Of a DNA stretch of 64,000 nt, positions 59,003-64,000 are shown one piece after another. Source of the stretch: an uncultured Actinomycetes bacterium (lineage in GTDB: Bacteria; Actinomycetota; UBA4738; HRBIN12); contig OY969934.1 in NCBI GenBank assembly GCA_963704725.1, positions 3,296,001 through 3,360,000 of the forward strand, in the 5' to 3' direction. The stretch's first letter is position 1. Every line of letters starts with the position of its first letter. Below the pieces are notes generated by a model that worked only from the letters and a program-made list of their open reading frames with translations, was not told the DNA's origin and did not search any database. Made by a program: the position numbers and the translations under genes.

Positions 59003-59662
59003 CTACACCGGCACCAGGGCGTCGAGGGTCTCGGGCAGCTCGCCCAGGTCCGGCAGCTCGGCCACGCGGGGGGCGTCCGAGACCTCGTGCAGACGGTTGA
59101 TCCACACGGCACGCAGGCCGAGCTCCGCCGCCGGGCGCAGGTCGTGGAACGGCGACGCCCCGACGTGCACGTGCCCAGACCTGTCGGCCCCGGTGTCGGC
59201 GAAGAACCGCTCCCAGTGGCCGGGCGCCGGCTTGTAGGAGCCGGCCTCCGCGGCGGTGACGCGCAGGTCCACCGCAACGCCGATCAACCCGAGCGACGCG
59301 TCCAGCAGATCGGGGTCGGTGTTCGACAAGATGGCGATCCGCCATCCACGCGATCGCAGCTCGCCGAGCGATCCGGGAACCTCGGGGAACGGCGCCCACG
59401 AGGGAAGGGAGTCGGCCAGCGCGGCGCGCTCGTCCCCCGCGAGCTCGAGTCCCTCCCGGTGCGCGACCCGCTCCAGGGTCTCGGTCAGCACCTGGCGGTA
59501 CGAGATGGAGCGCCCGTGCTGCACCTCGGGCTCGATCTCGTGGTACCGGTCCAGCAGCAGCTCGGCGTCGTGCTCGGGCCACAGGTCGGCCAGCGTGTCG
59601 CGGATGCCGCCCAGCCAGTCGATGAGCGTGCCGTAGCAGTCGAACGTCGCCCAGCGATCCAC
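59003..59662 (-). CDS. HAD family hydrolase (haloacid dehalogenase type II-like)
   Basis: [26 protein letters not shown]. Confidence 0.9.
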   Translation of the reverse strand: MDRWATFDCYGTLIDWLGGIRDTLADLWPEHDAELLLDRYHEIEPEVQHGRSISYRQVLTETLERVAHREGLELAGDERAALADSLPSWAPFPEVPGSLGELRSRGWRIAILSNTDPDLLDASLGLIGVAVDLRVTAAEAGSYKPAPGHWERFFADTGADRSGHVHVGASPFHDLRPAAELGLRAVWINRLHEVSDAPRVAELPDLGELPETLDALVPV

Positions 59663-59672
59663 GGCGGGAAGG

Positions 59673-61613
<1,941 letters not shown>

Positions 61614-61727
61614 GGCTCGTGCTCCTTCCGTGTGATTGAGCCGCGAAGACGCTTCGGGGCCCGAGCGCCCGCGGGCGGCTCGAAGCCCTGCGCGATGGTA
61701 GCACCCTGATGGTGATCTGCCGAGGCG

Positions 61728-62144
61728 TCAGCCGCCGCCGCCGACGGGAGCCCGGATCCCCGTGTCGAGCATGACGATGGCCTCCACCTCGCCCCCGGCC
61801 GGCACCCGGACACGCATAGGCGGTGAGTACATGCCCGGCCCCTCGGGCTCGACGACGGACTGCAAGAGGTAGTCGCCGGCGGCGAGCTCCATCCGGAACG
61901 TTCCGTCCTCGGCCGAGATCGCCTCCGCGGACACGAGCCCGCCCTGCAGAGCCTGGACCCTCACGCCGCCGACCGGGCGGTCGGGGCAGGGGCTCTCCTC
62001 GCGCTCGACGGGGCAGGTGGGACCGGCCAGGACCGTCCCGAGGACCGTGCCGCCATCCTGCGAGGCGCCGCTGCCGTCACGCTCCGCGCACGCGGACATG
62101 AGCACCAGGAGCGCGAGGAGCGCGACGGCGAGGTGCCGCTTCAC
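61728..62144 (-). CDS. Lipoprotein with carboxypeptidase-regulatory-like beta-sandwich domain
   Basis: Lipobox LMSAC; GPTCPVE...PC, DG.F...L..G.Y, DTGIR. Confidence 0.75.
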   Translation of the reverse strand: MKRHLAVALLALLVLMSACAERDGSGASQDGGTVLGTVLAGPTCPVEREESPCPDRPVGGVRVQALQGGLVSAEAISAEDGTFRMELAAGDYLLQSVVEPEGPGMYSPPMRVRVPAGGEVEAIVMLDTGIRAPVGGGG

Positions 62145-62185
62145 GAGGCTTGGACGGGAAGGCCCCACCACCCCGTTCCCCACGA

Positions 62186-62803
62186 TCAGGCGTTCGCGTA
62201 CGCCTCCGGCTTCAGCGTGGCGATGTACGGGAGGTTCCGGAACTTCTCCGCGAAGTCGAGGCCGTACCCGACGACGAAGTCCGGCGGGATGTCGAAGCCC
62301 ACGTACCGGACGTCGAGGTGCACCCGCTGGATCCCCGTCTTCTTCAGCAGGGCGCAGACCTCCAGGCTCAGCGGGCGGCGGCCGCGGAGGTTCTTCAGGA
62401 GGTAGTTCAGGGTCAGTCCCGAGTCGACGATGTCCTCGACGAGCAGCACGTCGCGGCCCTCGAGATCGTGGTCGAGGTCCTTGAGGATCCGAACGACCCC
62501 GGAGGTCTTCGTCGCCGCGCCGTACGACGCCACGGCCATGAAGTCGGTCTCGCAGGGGAGGCGGATGTGCCGGGCGAGGTCCGCCATCACGACGAACGCG
62601 CCCTTCAGGACCCCGATCAGCAGGAGGTCCTTGCCCGCGTAGTCCTCGGTGATCTGCTCGCCGAGCTCGCGCAGCTTCCGCTGGATCTCCGACTCGGTGA
62701 TCAGGACCCGCTCGATGTCGCGCTCGTACGCCTCGGCGTGCGGCGCTACCTCGGGCACGATGACTGCGTCCTCGACGTCGGACAGCGCAACCAGGCCTTC
62801 CAT
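62186..62803 (-). CDS. hpt: Hypoxanthine phosphoribosyltransferase (start uncertain)
   Basis: GVLKGA, VEDIVDSGLT, FVVGYGLD, RNLP. Confidence 0.97.
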   Translation of the reverse strand: MEGLVALSDVEDAVIVPEVAPHAEAYERDIERVLITESEIQRKLRELGEQITEDYAGKDLLLIGVLKGAFVVMADLARHIRLPCETDFMAVASYGAATKTSGVVRILKDLDHDLEGRDVLLVEDIVDSGLTLNYLLKNLRGRRPLSLEVCALLKKTGIQRVHLDVRYVGFDIPPDFVVGYGLDFAEKFRNLPYIATLKPEAYANA

Positions 62804-62814
62804 CTCGCCCCCCT

Positions 62815-63834
62815 TCACACCCGGCTCTCGGGGGAAGTGCGAGAGCACCAAACGTACACCCGGTCGCGGCTCGCCTTCAATCCGGACCCCAGGTCGCGAC
62901 GCCGTCCCGGACGGCCGGCGGCCAGATCCAGGACCGCCTCGATCGCCTCGCGGCTCCACGGCGCCACATCCTCGGGGGCCGCGATCCCCCGCAGCGCCAG
63001 GCGGACGACGCGGGAGGCGATCGGCCTGGGGAGGGATCCCAGCGCGACGGCGTCGAACGCGACGCCGTCTCCGGCGGTGGATGCGACGCGGGGCATGGCG
63101 TCGGTCGCCGCGGAGAAGAGCTCGTCCCGATCCTGTTGCAGCAACTCCGCCGTCCGCGCGAGCGGCCGCCGGACCTCCCGCCCGGTGGCGCGCTCGATCG
63201 CCGGCAGGACCTGCAAGCGGACGGCGTTGCGAAGGAGCCGAACGTCGCCGTTCGTCGGGTCCCGGCGGGGCCGCAGGCCCAGCGCCCGGCAGAACGCCTC
63301 CACCTCGGCGCGATCCACACCGATCAGCGGTTGCACCGTGCCCGAACGTCGATCGCCCGGCCAGATGCCGGCGACCGACTCGAGCCCGCCCCCCCGGATC
63401 AGGCTCATGAGCACGGTCTCGGCCTGGTCGTCGAGCGTGTGACCCTCAGCCACCACGGCCGCGCCGACGTGGTCGCGGACCTCGTTCGCCGCGGCACCAC
63501 GGCGGGCCGTGGCCCACGCTTCCACCGACTCACCCCGGCCCGGCGCGTCCTCGGCGACCCGGATGTGGGTTCGGAGCGCCAGCCGTCCGGCGCTTCGACG
63601 GACGTACTCGGCATCGCCCCGCGAGCCGGTGCGCAGACGGTGGTCGAAGTGGAAGACCTCCAATCGGATGCGGAACAGGCGTCGGAGGCGCCACAGGGAG
63701 TCCAGGAGGCACATCGAGTCGGGACCGCCCGAGACGCAGGCCAGGACGGTGTCGCCCGGGAGGAACATGTCGTGCTCGCGGGCCGTCCTCGTCACCCGCT
63801 CGAGGACGCGGGCGACGGCCGGCGGGCGGCGCAT
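62815..63834 (-). CDS. tilS: tRNA(Ile)-lysidine synthetase
   Basis: SGGPDS, DHRLR, GHTLDDQAET, DPTN, RN.VR. Confidence 0.96.
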   Translation of the reverse strand: MRRPPAVARVLERVTRTAREHDMFLPGDTVLACVSGGPDSMCLLDSLWRLRRLFRIRLEVFHFDHRLRTGSRGDAEYVRRSAGRLALRTHIRVAEDAPGRGESVEAWATARRGAAANEVRDHVGAAVVAEGHTLDDQAETVLMSLIRGGGLESVAGIWPGDRRSGTVQPLIGVDRAEVEAFCRALGLRPRRDPTNGDVRLLRNAVRLQVLPAIERATGREVRRPLARTAELLQQDRDELFSAATDAMPRVASTAGDGVAFDAVALGSLPRPIASRVVRLALRGIAAPEDVAPWSREAIEAVLDLAAGRPGRRRDLGSGLKASRDRVYVWCSRTSPESRV

Positions 63835-64000
63835 CAGGTGCCGGCGACCCTCCCCACCCACCGGGCGGGCTCGGCGATCTCGAGCATGGTCGGCAGGTTC
63901 TCCTCGCGCTCCCAGATGCGGTTGAACCCCTCCATCCCCAGCGCGTCCACCACGCCCCGCACGAACCGCTCGCCCGCCTCGTACTGTGCGATCTTCGTCT
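63834..64000 (-). CDS. Zinc-dependent metalloprotease-like protein typically upstream of tilS (C-terminal part only)
   Basis: Manual translation K..QYEAGERFVRGVVDALGMEGFNRIWEREENLPTMLEIAEPARWVGRV; TGATG coupling with tilS. Confidence 0.75.
   Translation of the reverse strand, partial: TKIAQYEAGERFVRGVVDALGMEGFNRIWEREENLPTMLEIAEPARWVGRVAGT

Overview
High-GC (~72% by eye) bacterial chromosomal segment with Actinomycetota-type gene content and order (groEL2 with CIRCE, carD, ispD-ispF, radA, clpC1, tilS-hpt-ftsH-folE-folP-folB-folK-panG-panC-coaX-lysS); the lineage assignment is inference. Mostly housekeeping genes on the minus strand, many apparently leaderless. Accessory blocks: a trehalose cluster (TreT, OtsA, OtsB) beside an Rrf2 regulator; a sulfur-relay cluster (DsrE-TusA-SQR-TusA-DsrE plus two membrane proteins) with DosR/OsdR-like boxes; an FTR1/cupredoxin iron-uptake pair inserted between folE and folP; and a ~9.5 kb block between radA and clpC. 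That block holds a RIO1 kinase behind a leader peptide and terminator, and the best candidate novel system: two tandem STAND/LuxR regulators flanked by two near-identical 18-bp sites (CTAGCGGG[A/G]TTCCCCTAG), each exactly 20 bp from a -10 element. These promoters drive a 61-aa Arg-rich peptide and a 3-gene operon (partner protein, M64 metallopeptidase with a CFI-box-like tail, stand-alone CFI-box-like protein). One tRNA-Thr(TGT). No CRISPR array, IS element or prophage seen. All product calls come from motif recognition, not database searches.
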